Assembly: GCA_002633005.1 (NCBI GenBank) | Contig: NMRA01000098.1 | Span: 281,330-345,329, forward strand | Length of the DNA: 64,000 nucleotides | Source: Phoronis australis | Taxonomy: Eukaryota; Animalia; Phoronida | Direction of reading: 5' to 3' | Shown here: one piece after another, positions 24,828-37,760 of the stretch | How the letters are laid out: each line of letters begins with the position of its first letter | Numbering within the stretch: position 1 is the first letter of the stretch | The notes under the pieces: generated by a model | What the model was told of the DNA's origin: nothing | Seen by the model: the letters and a program-made list of their open reading frames with translations, nothing else | Database searches by the model: none | Made by a program: the position numbers and the translations under genes

Positions 24828-25452
24828 NNNNNNNNNNNNNNNNNNNNNNNNNNNNNNNNNNNNNNNNNNNNNNNNNNNNNNNNNNNNNNNNNNNNNNNNN
24901 NNNNNNNNNNNNNNNNNNNNNNNNNNNNNNNNNNNNNNNNNNNNNNNNNNNNNNNNNNNNNNNNNNNNNNNNNNNNNNNNNNNNNNNNNNNNNNNNNNNN
25001 NNNNNNNNNNNNNNNNNNNNNNNNNNNNNNNNNNNNNNNNNNNNNNNNNNNNNNNNNNNNNNNNNNNNNNNNNNNNNNNNNNNNNNNNNNNNNNNNNNNN
25101 NNNNNNNNNNNNNNNNNNNNNNNNNNNNNNNNNNNNNNNNNNNNNNNNNNNNNNNNNNNNNNNNNNNNNNNNNNNNNNNNNNNNNNNNNNNNNNNNNNNN
25201 NNNNNNNNNNNNNNNNNNNNNNNNNNNNNNNNNNNNNNNNNNNNNNNNNNNNNNNNNNNNNNNNNNNNNNNNNNNNNNNNNNNNNNNNNNNNNNNNNNNN
25301 NNNNNNNNNNNNNNNNNNNNNNNNNNNNNNNNNNNNNNNNNNNNNNNNNNNNNNNNNNNNNNNNNNNNNNNNNNNNNNNNNNNNNNNNNNNNNNNNNNNN
25401 NNNNNNNNNNNNNNNNNNNNNNNNNNNNNNNNNNNNNNNNNNNNNNNNNNNN
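24828..25452. other. Assembly gap
   Basis: Run of N. Confidence 1.
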
Positions 25453-25917
25453 TTTTCCAACGCACAACTCTGCGTCGGTGTGCGTAATTCGTGAGTTGAC
25501 GTGCGTAGTTTATGCGTCGAGTATGCGTGATTATGCGCTGGACACGCGTTTGCCATCAGTGCTTATGCGTCAGAACTGGTTCGAAATCACGCACGTCCAC
25601 GTCCGTCCACTGACGCCCCACCTTCATATCACGCATGAAATACGCATATATGACGTTCATTCCACTGACATCCACTGACAAACATATCATTTTGGCTTGT
25701 ATGCGTCGATATGCGCGATATGTCAGTGATTCATCAGTGATTGTAAGTGATATGTGCGTGGGCCATAGGTGATTCGTCAGTTATTTGTCAGTGATTTCTA
25801 ACCTCTACACCCGGAAAATTTGGTCAATTTCTCGACGATCAAAACACGCACAAATTGAATTTGTGCGTGTTGTATGAGTGATTCATGCGTGATCGGCTGT
25901 GTGACTGGGCCTTTAAG
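25453..25917. mobile_element. Right part of a PIF/Harbinger-like non-autonomous element
   Basis: GCGT/CACTGA-rich subrepeats ending GTGTGACTGGGCCT-TTAA; the left end lies in a gap. Confidence 0.5.
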
Positions 25918-28049
25918 ACAATCTATTCTGTCCGAGGTTTCAGTAACCCGTTGAAGCCTGGGAGATAATTGGCCTGCATGTTGTCATACGGGACAAAAGA
26001 CTGTGTTGGGCAGCCAACAAAGGAGCTAGACGTTGCCACAGGCTCGCAACCTGTCATGTCTGTTAGGTCACTGAATGGGAGAACGCCCTAATGACAGGGA
26101 GACGATCATGCAGCCCCGGGCATCCAGTATGACGTAGGCTAAGTGAGGTCTACACAGACAGGACATCTAAAAAGTTTTGGCCAAGAAATTTCTAATCAAA
26201 TGGCCTTTCTCAATGACCGATGCCAAATCTATTGAAAGGACAGACAATATTGCAGTAGTGTCTCAGTGTAGCTGTTGTGTTTGTTGTCTCATTCACGCAA
26301 GACTGTGCAATAAACTGTAGGTCCAATAGGAGAACGTTAGGTACTTAACGCTCGCTAAGCCTCGTTTTTATAGTGTGAAGCGTATAAACAGTGCAATAAC
26401 CAATGCATTTTTATAATATACCACATGTCTGTATAAACTTATGCGTTATCGCCGATGAAAAATTAATGAAAGGCGCGCTTTTAAAATACATGTTAACAGG
26501 CTAGTAAGTTAAACCTTGCTATAGATCCAATGAGGTTGAGCATTGTCACTCAGACATTATCCAGGAGGCGGGCTGCACTTGTTGCACGGGGATGAAGCTC
26601 TGAGAATACATATTTCTACCGTTTTTAGGTTTTGGGAAAGCATTGACTTGCGGCTTACCAAGGGCAAAATGCATGCAATTTCTTCGTTACATTGGCACTG
26701 TAGTGCTTTCATGGAAGTTTCAAAGTTGGAAACTCGTCGCTGGCGTCATGAAAACGGTTTGTTACGTGTATTCAATCGCAACGCACTCGCCCGTCTCAAA
26801 TTAACGCAGTCGAGGCCACTGAACCGCCGGATAATTTAAATACGCTCTACACATAGTACCGGAAATATCTCTTATTTTATTGCTGAACGCAAAACCCATC
26901 GTGCACTAACTGAAAATTTTTCCGTAAAACGTCATCTTGTAAACATTTAATAAAGATAAATTTGTGCCACAGAATTCCCGCGCAAGCCATATATTTTGGC
27001 ATAAACCGAATAACTATTAGGCAATCCCGTCAAAAGCTATGTAGGTAGTCACTGGTTGGCATCTGTATAGCATCTCTCGTTGATTTTATCCAAAATACGT
27101 CTTAAATATTCGAGTTTGCACACTTCAATTAATTTATAAATGCCTTGTCTACTCTCTGATTGGCTGCAGCTATGTCGCAGTTGTGCTGGAACTCGGTGAA
27201 ATAATGGTCGTTTTCAATTAAGTTTGTCAGGTGTCAACTTAGAAATTTATGGTCAGTCAATCAATCTTGACTTAAATCTCCCTGGTAGTCCAGTAGCCAC
27301 AAATAGGTACCTAGAGATGTATGTTTTTTGTTTGTTTCATGTCTAAATAACACCTCATTTTAGGTGTGTTATCATGACTACCTTGAGCATTGTTAAGTAT
27401 GTAAATTAAGGGAGTGAGTATTCAGAATTGCATACTTGCTTATAACTTCCTTACCAAGCACAAAAGATAGATTATTTTGATGTTTCAACCCATATGGTCA
27501 GTGATTTTAACAGATTTATTGATTTGGATGTGGCGCATTGAGATTTTGCGTAAATTATGCTAATTACGGCAACCATGATTGAAAGACTGTTTGTGCTTGC
27601 AGTTTGTGGTATCGGGCAATCAAAGGGTATGTGCACCAATGTTACTCGATTCTGTAATGGAATAAGTTTTTCGGATTTTCGCATGACAAATTTGCAGAAT
27701 TTATGCCATTAATGTTTGCTATTATTTAAAATTCGGTTTATTTTTTTCTGCTCATAACCTCTTTACAGGCGCTATGTTTATTACTTTGCTATGTGCAACC
27801 ATGTTTTAGTGGTCAGTCAATTTAACAAAATCAGTTTGGAGACCATAATTTTGAATAATTCATGAGATTGTGGCTCATCGTCTTGGTTCCATGGATATTT
27901 GACTGTGGATGGTATCAGAAAATTCGAAAGACTTGCGTGACTGCAGCACCTGAAACAAGATCTAAAACTATGTTGAGCAGTGCTCTGTAAGTAAGGTGAT
28001 TCGTCTTACTTTTAGTGAAATTGTTTTCAGAGGTGGGGAAAGCAAGTAC

Positions 28050-28490
28050 TAGCGAAAATGACCCAGCCAGCTCTTCTGTCCTGTTAAAACGTTAGCATTT
28101 TCGTAACAGAAACTGCTTTAGTAGCGTCTTGGCCACTCATTAGAGCCTAGTACGAGTGTCGTGAATGCAACAACAAAAGAATCTTCAGTCATTCATCTGG
28201 AATTCAAGGCAGGAATGATAAGGTTGTGATTGTTCAAAAAGCGAGTTTCCTAGATTGAAGTGATAAGTATCAGCCAATCAAAAAGTGTCCACTCATAGAC
28301 CGCCAGCAATAGTGACACCTTAGCTCTTCATTTTGACTGACGACTAGCGATGCAGTTTGACTGAAAACCGTGTATTACACTCAGGCTCGCATGAGTGGCG
28401 AAAACGCTAGCAGTTTTACTGGTTAAAAAGCAAAGACGCGTGCGTTTTGGGTAGACAGACGAGCTGTCCACGAAGGGTCATTTTCACCTT
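28050..28490. mobile_element. Degenerate inverted-repeat element
   Basis: GAAAATGACCC...GCCACTCAT.AGAGCCT is mirrored by AGGCTC..ATGAGTGGC...GGGTCATTTTC. Confidence 0.5.
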
Positions 28491-29329
28491 TTGTTTCCTA
28501 ATCGTTCAAAAACTTTTTAAAGAAAATGGATCTCAAAACAAGCTCTCATTAATGCAACTATAAACATAGGCCTGTAACTCCTGCGCGTGTGTATCCATAA
28601 AATTTTTTTAAAAAACATGCAAGCTACAAGTGCAAGCAACTGTGGGGTTACTCAAACCGCCAACAAAGCGCTACTAAAGGTCACCTACGACATTTTGCCA
28701 CAAGCAATAGGAAGGGCCAATGAAAACTCCCAGCGTTTTGGTCAGTTTGTGAACGGGTATAAGACTGGAGGTCCCAGGTTTGATATCGCGTTGAAATTAA
28801 TTTCTGAAAATTATCACCGTCATTATTATTTTCATCAAAGCGGGTCATTTTTAGGATATATTAATAAGAAAATTTTACAGAGGTCATACTTAAAGTAAAA
28901 GTGATAAGAAACACATCAGTGAGTTAGCAAATGTACCAGAAATTAAGGAAACATAGCCGAGTCCCTATTGGGGACTGTTTGACTGTTTCATGCGACAGGA
29001 CACAAGTGTCATAATGACATATACCACAGAGGTAGGCCTAAAAGCAACGTCATTTTATTCTTAGCCTTTTCTTGAAGTTAGTGCTAGAGGTGCATCAACA
29101 CCTGCGTTCACAGGTACGATGGTTGCAATAAAACGCCTGGAATTTCATAATTATTCCTTCGTTGACTGAACTGATCCGCCGTAACCAGCAATCTTTATGA
29201 CCCAGGTCTGAAGCAATACGAACCGCCAACGAGCTCTTTTCATCAAACTTTTCCGATCTAAGGAACAAAATGAGGCCGATTTTATAACGGAGAGTCTTCA
29301 AAATTGCAATGTGTATTATTCAAGACCAA

Positions 29330-29577
29330 AGGCCCGTTCCAACAAAACTCACTCAGCTAAGACAAATCTTAAATTTTAGTAAATTTTAAAATGAAAGTTA
29401 AATCTGTCTAAAATTAAATTGAAGAAAGAGATCTTAAGTTTGGCTTACGTGTTTGACATAAGTTTTGTCTTAATTTTGACTAACTTACCGAATGTGGAAG
29501 TTTCAAAGTTTGGAAGTTAAGACAAATCTTAAACTTAAGTCAAAAATGAACTTAAGTCAGTTTCTTGGAACAGGCCC
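29330..29577. mobile_element. MITE with GGCC.GTTCCAA.AAACT TIRs and CTTAAG-rich interior (relatives at ~14570-14852, ~45108-45375, ~59745-59905)
   Basis: Terminal inverted repeats are visible. Confidence 0.65.
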
Positions 29578-31447
29578 CAAGGCACGATTGCAACACCATT
29601 CAATGCACAATCATTGTGTCATAAAAGTTTATGGGCGAGGAGCGCTTCTAATTGTTACCACCAGAAATATCCGTTTCAAATAAGATTTAAAGATTTCTTT
29701 GCCATGGTTGCCTTGATTTCAATATTCCTTTGTCATTGAGAGAAAACTTGAGATTGAAAATTGAAGAGTTCAAACATATGAGGCGCTGCCATCTTTTAAA
29801 TGGTAAAGGCTATGGCAGGTTTTTGTTACAAGGAAGTAATGATGCACCCAGGTAAGGAATTTTTTGGATCGATTTTTGGACGAAAGTATTTTTTGGACAG
29901 CTAATCAGCAGGAAAAATAACTTTTTAACGGAAAATATTTGGCATCCCCATTCAACAAACAAAATGTGAGAAAATGCATCTTGTAACACATTTTCCATTT
30001 GCCTCAACCACTGATAACAGATCACAATAATTTTGAAAATAGTTAAGACTATTATTCGAAAGAAGACATTTAATGCACTGGTGCAGTGGCCCCTGCGTGA
30101 GAACAGAAATTTTACTAAACAGGCTACCCACTACAAATAAAAATTTAAATTAATTATTTAATCCTTGAAACAGCTTTTTGCAAACGTTATCCTGAATACT
30201 CTCAGAGTCTTCAAACAAATCAGGAGTATCATTCCCAAGTGCTCTGGGAATAGAGCTTGGTGAAAAGAGTTCTTGACTTTCAAAACATACACTCCTCAAG
30301 CTGAATGCCTCAATGCATGCCTCACCTAAGAGTCGCAAATTGGTTTGATCAGAAAACGGCGTGCTGTGACTAAGAGAACTCCCACTACCTCTAGATTCCT
30401 TACTGAGGTCATCCTATAGAAGTCTTTTACCTGAAAAACACACAGACTCATCTTCTTCCCATGCTATTGAAAGTCCGGTTCCTTCATTTGATTCTAAATT
30501 TACAGGACAGCTGGAAACAGACTGTGAAAATAAGTTAGATGACAAACATTCATTACTGGGATCACCACAAAAATACTGACACATCTTATTTTTACTTTTG
30601 TTGACATGCAATCATAACTCTTTACTGAAATCGTAATGTTTGACATTTTCCTTCATCACATCATTTTTGGATTCTATGTTACTTTATTGGCATTGATTCT
30701 ATATAAAGTGACAGAAAACCAGGAACACTGAAGTGCCCACAATCAGAGAGATTCTTTGGCTAGTATCAAGGTTTACAAAAATCATATTGTAATAGATCAG
30801 GGTGTTGACACCTTAAAATTACCAAGATCTTCTACAGCACTGGCCATGTTATTAGGTCTGTTGTTGAGAAGACAGCACAGTGGAATGGTTTGAAGCCCAG
30901 GCTCAAGTCCAGTGTTCCCTAGCATCACCATCTCAAACATCCTCACCATAAAGTCACGGAGACCCGATAGCTGCTTCTGCCAGAAAAAAAAACTAGGGTG
31001 AGGTAGTTAACGAGTTCCCTGAGCTTGCGTGTGGCGGAACACATTAATTCCATGGTAAAGGAGCTTCTAAAGTGGTATTTAGTCGTGGGCAGGGTTGTTC
31101 TTTCCATCATTCGCTATTGTCTCAGGTATCTCTTTTCCCGCTATTGCATTAGTCTAAATCTTGAATGTGTAGTGACACTTCCCCACACATGAGAAGACAG
31201 ACAAATTGTCCAACACAAGTTTTCGATGAAATTCGTAAAAACCAGGTCACACAACATTAGCCACCAAAAAAAGAAAGAGAAAACGCTCCTACGGGACTTT
31301 TTTGGTGTTGTCGAGACAGCCGTATTTCCCCTTTTCGTACTAGGATGAGTCGGCCAGTAGGAGTTGGAATGCCCAAGTACCGGTAACACATATGTGTGCC
31401 TAATACGAGTTGGCCAACGTCTCAACTCACATCTCCAATTTTCCCAC

Positions 31448-31628
31448 AATCAAACTTTTTTCTTCCAGCAGTTCTTGGTTGTGTTGCCCAAATCGGCAAA
31501 CTGGCCATTTTTTACACTGAGCACGCCAGATGGTATTACGTCGTATCTCCTCGCGTGTGCAGTGTTAAAAATGGCCAGTTGCCGATTTGGCAACTGAAAA
31601 AAGTATTGCTTAAAGAAAAAGTTTGATT
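31448..31628. repeat. Long imperfect palindrome (~90-bp arms)
   Basis: AATCAAACTTTTT...CAAATCGGCAAACTGGCCATTTTT is mirrored around ~31539. Confidence 0.85.
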
Positions 31629-32242
31629 TCGGGAGTATTTGTTCGAGTTGGAAGGAATTAAAGACAACGACGGCCTCCTGTACACAAAAGGCAGGCCTAC
31701 TTAGTAACAACGTGACTTTGATTTTTCATTCTTCAATGTCTCTAGTTCAGCTAGAGGCGGTGGTCAGTGTCTACATGTTGCCTATGCTAGCAATGGCAGT
31801 GGTAGGCAATTACATCGCCCTGAATGCCGCAGACATACAGGGGAGATAGTACATCTCCATAAAAAGTTACTCATTTCAAAATACAGCAAATAAAATCGAA
31901 CGAAACATGCATATATGTACATGGAGTTATAATTAATGCATACCATGACTCTGAATACAATTTAGTAACATAAGTTGAACATATCCATGAAAATCTGTCA
32001 CATACAGTTACGTAAAGTCACGCCTGTTGACAAACAAAAAGTCCAAGTGACACATATCTTATAAATTCCACCTGATATCTTCCCATGCTATCATAGACTA
32101 TAGTACATGGACCGCCAACTCCGTATACTTTCAATGGACGAAATCTGTGATCTACCGCATAAGCACCTTACGTCATTATTCACTAGCGACACCTGGCTAA
32201 ATTTTCTGGTGCAATTTCCGGCAAGTGCGTCGTCTGCTAATC

Positions 32243-32430
32243 ATGGTCGGCTACTGTGTGGCTGGTTGTCCGGCCACACACGCAAAATGCAAAGGAATTA
32301 GCTTCCATACCATCCGAAGACCCCATAATCGGCTGTGGGAAGAAACGCTTACTTCTTGTGTCAACGTGAATCGCAGCAGACTTTATACATTTGTTCAAGG
32401 AACTTCAAAGATGAAAGTTTTTTAAGAGGC
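32243..32430 (+). pseudogene. Degenerate THAP zinc-finger (transposon-derived)
   Basis: MVGYCVAGC...GISFH...W, then frameshifted LYICSRNFKDESF, matching the THAP C2CH layout. Confidence 0.55.
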
Positions 32431-32970
32431 TCTGCTACTTAATCCTTTCCTCACAAATCCATTTTTCATGACCACCTGGACCAGTCAAACTCTATCTCGC
32501 AATTCAACGACAGGTTACACAATATATGCCGCACAAAATCTCTCGACTGTAATCTATGAAAATGCAACCAACTTCTTTGAAAACATGGAACAGGAACACC
32601 AGAGGGGTGTGAAGGTTGTTTTTATTCTTCAATGTTAAATTTTTGTAAGCGGACAAATGGTTTTTAAATTTCCGCCTGAAGTCGTAACATTTCCAAACTT
32701 AAACACATGGGTTCCTATGAAGCTGACGACGGATGACAAGTTTCAGACAGATACGACTGCTCATTGCCACCTAGTGGCAATTTCATTTTTTTACTTTTAA
32801 GTTTTTATCTTCAAAGAACTTCAATTGATTTTTGAGAAATTTGGCAATTAGGCATCTATTATTGAGATGACGATATCCTCCCGTTTTCGGGCGGATTCCA
32901 GGTATTTTGTGCCACCTAGTGGACAGTTTCATTTTTCGCGTCCGCCCCTCTATCATCCATACCATTCTAA

Positions 32971-33045
32971 GGAGGCAGTGTGGCCTAGTGTGATGTTACC
33001 CGCCTTCTTTACTCGAGGTCGTGAGTTCGAGTCCCATTGGGTCAG
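32971..33045 (+). mobile_element. tRNA-derived SINE-like head
   Basis: Pol III A-box TGGCCTAGTG (32981) and B-box GTTCGAGTCC (33025); no intact cloverleaf. Confidence 0.5.
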
Positions 33046-33840
33046 GTTTCTAGCTCCTCAGCTCGGTTTTAACTATATATTAATAAAGCACAAAAATATT
33101 TCCAGGCGATCAGTGCAATGGGCCCACATGCGCGGCCTGCGCACGTCTGGTATAACGTGTACCAGACCGCCAGCAATTATTTTAAAAAAACCGTTCTAAG
33201 GATGATATTTGCAAGTATGTTTTTACTGTGAAGAGGAAGACTGACGATGAATTTCCCATGGCTCCGGCTTATTTACACCTCCTAGTGACATTTTTTGCAT
33301 TCGTGGCTGTAATCGCTCTGCAAGATTTTTTCCTATATTTAGCAATTTTATTTATATGAAGACGACAACGGACGACGACGACTTTCGGACGGATCTGACT
33401 ACTGGTATGCCCCTAGTGGCAATTTTAATTTTTTTCGTTTACCGATATATCTTCAAAAGTGCACACCGGATTTTCAAAATATTTTGAATGTAGGCATCTA
33501 TTGGTGAGATGACGCTATTCTCCCGTTTTTGGAAGGTGTTTTGCGCCATCTAAAGGCAATTTTTGGTATTTTTGAATCTGTTTTGTGTGTCCTAAACCCA
33601 TTGCAGGATCTTTATTGAATTTAGCAAGTGTATTCATGTGAAGTTCAGAGCAGACAATGACGACATTCAGTGGCAATATGTTTTTTTTTCTGTTTTCCTT
33701 TGTTTCTCAGAAGTTCCTTGACCAATTTTTATGATAATTGGTAAATACCTTTTTACCGTTTTCGGATGTATTTCCTGAGAAACACACCGTTTGCGGTGCA
33801 TTCGTGGGCGCATTTCAACACTACGTGTTGATCTTGTTTT

Positions 33841-34140
33841 TGTCTGTTGCTATCATATCGTGACGATTTTGTCAAGCAACGAGTGTTTGCCATTTCAAAT
33901 GGGGTTAAAACTATTTGTAGAGTTGTTTTTTCCTATTGATGTCACCTCGAAGCGATGCGGTCACTCATCGACTGTTTACCATTGATAATGGTGTTAATAC
34001 AGTTCTTGTTCTGTTCCTATCACATCGTTACGATTTGGTAAAGCATCGAGTGTATAACATTTCAAGTAGGGTTCATATCTTCGTAGATTTTTAATGTCTG
34101 TTGCTATCATATCGTGACGATTTGGTTCCGTAACAAGTGT
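33841..34140 (+). repeat. Degenerate triplicated ~65-bp unit
   Basis: TGTCTGTTGCTATCATATCGTGACGATTT recurs at ~33841, ~34008 and ~34096. Confidence 0.65.
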
Positions 34141-34309
34141 GAGTATTACAATGCGCGTGGCCAACGAGTTAACTCAATGTTTTTGGCCAAAAGTAAAACC
34201 TTCATCAGAAATCACAGTACACAAAATAACTTCGCATATCAATACAGTATCAGGATAGTTATTTTTGACACAAATATATTTGAGTAATGACATTTATTTG
34301 GCAATGATA

Positions 34310-34454
34310 CATGGGCGGCGCACCATACGGGGTTGGGGGGCTATAGTCCCCACTTTTTCAGTGCTACACCGCACATGGTCTATAGGCTGTGCGCCACAGG
34401 GGGGCTGAGGGGGCTTTAGCCCCCCCCACTTTTTTCAGTGCTGCGCCGCCCATG
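34310..34454. mobile_element. MITE with CATGGGCGGCGCA TIRs and 5-bp TSD TGATA
   Basis: TIRs and TSD are directly visible. Confidence 0.85.
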
Positions 34455-34845
34455 TGATATAGTTTTTAAAGTGCTCTGTGCTTCTCATGACCAAATAGTG
34501 GAGGGATAGACGACGAAAGTGCGCGAAAATAGACTTTCGGATTCACCTCGGGAGCGTCCGCCAAAAGCCCGGATTTGCAAGACCGTCTACCATGACATCA
34601 CGAAATCAGGTCCTTGAATTTGTGATTTTGGCATTTTTGTCGTGAAATCACCACTCGAAGGCAATTGGAAGTAATCAAGTGAAAGAAGGTATTCAGAGGT
34701 TTGTTCCATGCTGAGTTCATAGAGTTCCATGCACATTTCAGTAGAAAATTCTGAGCAAAGAGATTTTGAGTGTCCAACCTTTATGTTTTCTTAGTAGGAG
34801 TGACGTCAGTGATGTTCGAGCCACAGATAAAATCAAGCGCCTGTG

Positions 34846-34993
34846 CTTAAAAGGGCCGTTGTGTTTTTTGTTCCAAGCAATTTATTGAGCCTTCTCGTCC
34901 TTTGCTTGAGTTTTCTTTGGGAGAAGAACAGACTGAATATTCGGCAGTACACCACCTCGGGAGATGGTGACGCCAGACAGTAACTTGTTTAGC
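34846..34993 (-). pseudogene. H2A: H2A 3' fragment (last ~36 codons, 3'UTR and part of the stem-loop)
   Basis: Close copy of 1806-1954; translates as [36 protein letters not shown]. Confidence 0.9.
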
Positions 34994-35884
34994 CAGCCAG
35001 CTACCTGTATGAAGACTATCGTCAAAATACGGCTAGGTACCACTGTGTGTTATTCTTCCATAGACTCCGAAATTACACACAGCTAGGGTACTTCTTCTCG
35101 TCAACTCGCCGTGAAACTTATATCAACATGTAGAGCTAGACCGGACGGGGTGCATGCAAAATCTGGGTGTCAACCGACACTCACCTTGCCCGTTAAAACC
35201 GTTTAAGTGAAAAACAATGCAACAGACGTCATTTTCTTGCGTTATCCTCCGCTTTTTCTAACAAATATAGATTATTACATAGCGAAGTCGATATCCCCCG
35301 TTATCTAGAGCCCGAGGGGATTTTGGAGAATTATCGCCCGAGGGGCGTATTATACCACATACTGAACGAGAAACATTGCAATGAATCGATCTACCTTTCT
35401 CGACTCGCCTCGGCTTTGTAACTTTCTATGTCAGAGGCCAGGGGGCGGAGGTCGTGACCTTTTAGGAAAAGCCGAGCTATTTTTGTCAAATAATGCTTTT
35501 ACTCAAAATCAACTTAAACAAAGGAGAAATAAAGTGAATCTATAAATTAAGGCTCAGCGACTATTATAGGTTATTACACATTTTATCACGCTAAGCTTCG
35601 ACCGGGAAACTATCGTCTGCTAAAGTAGGTTACCACTGGTAACCGAGTATAATGCCGAAGTCAAAGGATCCTGACGACACGATACCCGCATTCAAATTGG
35701 AGATCGGAGATTTACAAGTGAGAGAACATGAGAGAAAAATTTCACTGGATTAAAATATCGTTTTTATGGCAATTATGCGTCTTATTTTTCATAGCGTATA
35801 AATGTCGGTACAGTGCCATGTGCTGAGCATGCGAGTGTTGCGCGTGCTCATTTAAGTATTCTATTTTTGCGTTTGATGATGTCA

Positions 35885-35950
35885 GCCGCTGAGTGGTGTA
35901 GTGGTAAAGTCGGCAACTCGAAACTCTAGAGGTCGAATCCGGCCTCGGTT
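35885..35950 (+). mobile_element. tRNA-derived SINE-like head
   Basis: A-box TGGTGTAGTGG and B-box-like GGTCGAATCC; no intact cloverleaf. Confidence 0.45.
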
Positions 35951-36436
35951 TCCCGCCAAAATGTTATCTCACTAGTGAGATAACTTGATGGGTTATTACA
36001 CGGTTGTATATGCCATTCGAGGCTAATAATGTGGTATAAAGAAAAGTTATGTCGTCGTTTTGAAAACAATACACTCGTGACACGCGCACGCGCCATTTCC
36101 TAAATTTTTGCGACATCTCTCGGGAGATGATAACTTGGATGCAGCAAAATTTCCTCTGAAATTCGGTTTTTCGGTATCAAAATTCTAAAAACTTATAATA
36201 AAATGAAACCAGTTCCGATAATTTGTTGTGCCGTGTACGCAACCTCGTGAAAGAACAACAGTTGATTGAAGAATCGGCGAAAACGGAAACTGGCCAATAG
36301 GTGATGCAATATTTCATGGCGCCGAAAGCCGTTGTTGAAGATCGCTCCACAACTTTAGCAGCAGAATAACGGTAGAACGCCATTTTTTCAACACCGTTAA
36401 ATAATTTAGTTTACTCAAGGAAGACTGTAGTTATTA

Positions 36437-37760
36437 TTATTGACTGGTGCTGTTTTTATTGATCTAAAGAAAGCATTTGACACCGTCGACCACACTATCT
36501 TGTTGAAGAAGCTTAAAGCCTATGGGGTCACCGGCATGGAAGCCAAGTGGCTTCAGGATTATCTTGGTAACAGAACTCAAGCTACCCGTGTCGGCAAAGA
36601 CATCTCTGATCTCAAAACCGTTAAAAGTACGTGTTCCCCAGTGGTCTATACTGGGGCCCTTGCTATTTTGCAGAACCTCATCCGAAATCCAGGCCACTCT
36701 CGACTCTGATTTAACAATCATTTCAGATTGGCTTGTATTTAATAAACTATCCTTAAATGTTTCTAAAACTAAAACTCTTCTATTTGGCACATCCCAAAGA
36801 CTTAGAAACCAAACCCTGTCATTAACTATGGATGGAAGACCAATTGAGAACGTCAATTCCTTTAAATATCTGGGACTTTTATATATGATCAAAGTCTTAA
36901 ATTCTCTCACCACGTTGATTATATCTCGAAAAAGGTGTCTAAGAAAATTGGCGTATTGAAACGCATCAGTAAATTCGTTATTGCCTCCCGGTGTGGGGGG
37001 GTTGCATCAGGCAAGGATATGAAAACCATCCAGGTTACCCAAAATAGGGCTGCCCGGATTATTTTGGGAGCTGGTGTTAGAGATATTAGCATCGAAAACC
37101 TTCATAAAGAGACTGGTATAATGAAAATTCACACAAGACATCAATTCCTATCTGCTTGTTGTATGTACAAATGTTTTAAAGGTCTTGTCCCATCTTACTT
37201 ATGTGCTAAGTTAAAGATGACTACTAATCGCTACAATACCAGGTCCTCACCATCATCTGATTTCAATCTTCCTAAACGCAGAAGCGACTGGGAAAAATCA
37301 TTTTCCTACAGCGGGCCCTTTTTATGGAACTCTCTCCCTGCAGATGCCAAATCTACATCATCCTTTCTAACCTTTAAAAGAATTATAAGAAATAGATTTA
37401 ACTTCATGTAGTGTCTAAGAATCGCATGTTTATTCATTTGTTATTTATATAATGTCTTACTTTTATTAATTATTTATTGTCTGGTTTAATTTTTGATATT
37501 TATATTAAATTATGTATTTTTTTAATTAATAATCTTGTCTTAATTTCTTCATCTTCTATTTATCATATTTTATTTTTTATTTTGCTTCATCAGTCTTTCC
37601 GCGTTAATTTCTTATTGTTTGCTTAATACTTAAATTTGTCTTTCATTTTGTAATTCTGTTGTTGTCTTACTATCTGTCTGTTTTTTACTGAGGGCCCTCA
37701 TGGAAAGCAGTGTGAACTGATGGGGCTACCCTCATTGTAAATATTACATTAATAATAAAT
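36437..37760 (+). mobile_element. 5'-truncated, frameshifted non-LTR retrotransposon (CR1/L2-like RT C-terminus plus AT-rich 3'UTR)
   Basis: AVFIDLKKAFDTVDHTILLKKL, VPQ.SILGPLLF, WL..NKLSLNVSKTK, FKYLG, QNRAARII, FSYSGP.LWNSLP; ends in a TAA-type simple repeat. The YADD segment appears deleted. Confidence 0.9.

Noticed and set aside
24680-25678. Long ORFs of 217-306 aa
   Set aside because: They span an N gap and are artefacts.
32971-35950. Two tRNA-like sequences (32971-33045 and 35885-35950)
   Set aside because: They have A/B boxes but no coherent cloverleaf, so I called them SINE-like heads, not tRNA genes.
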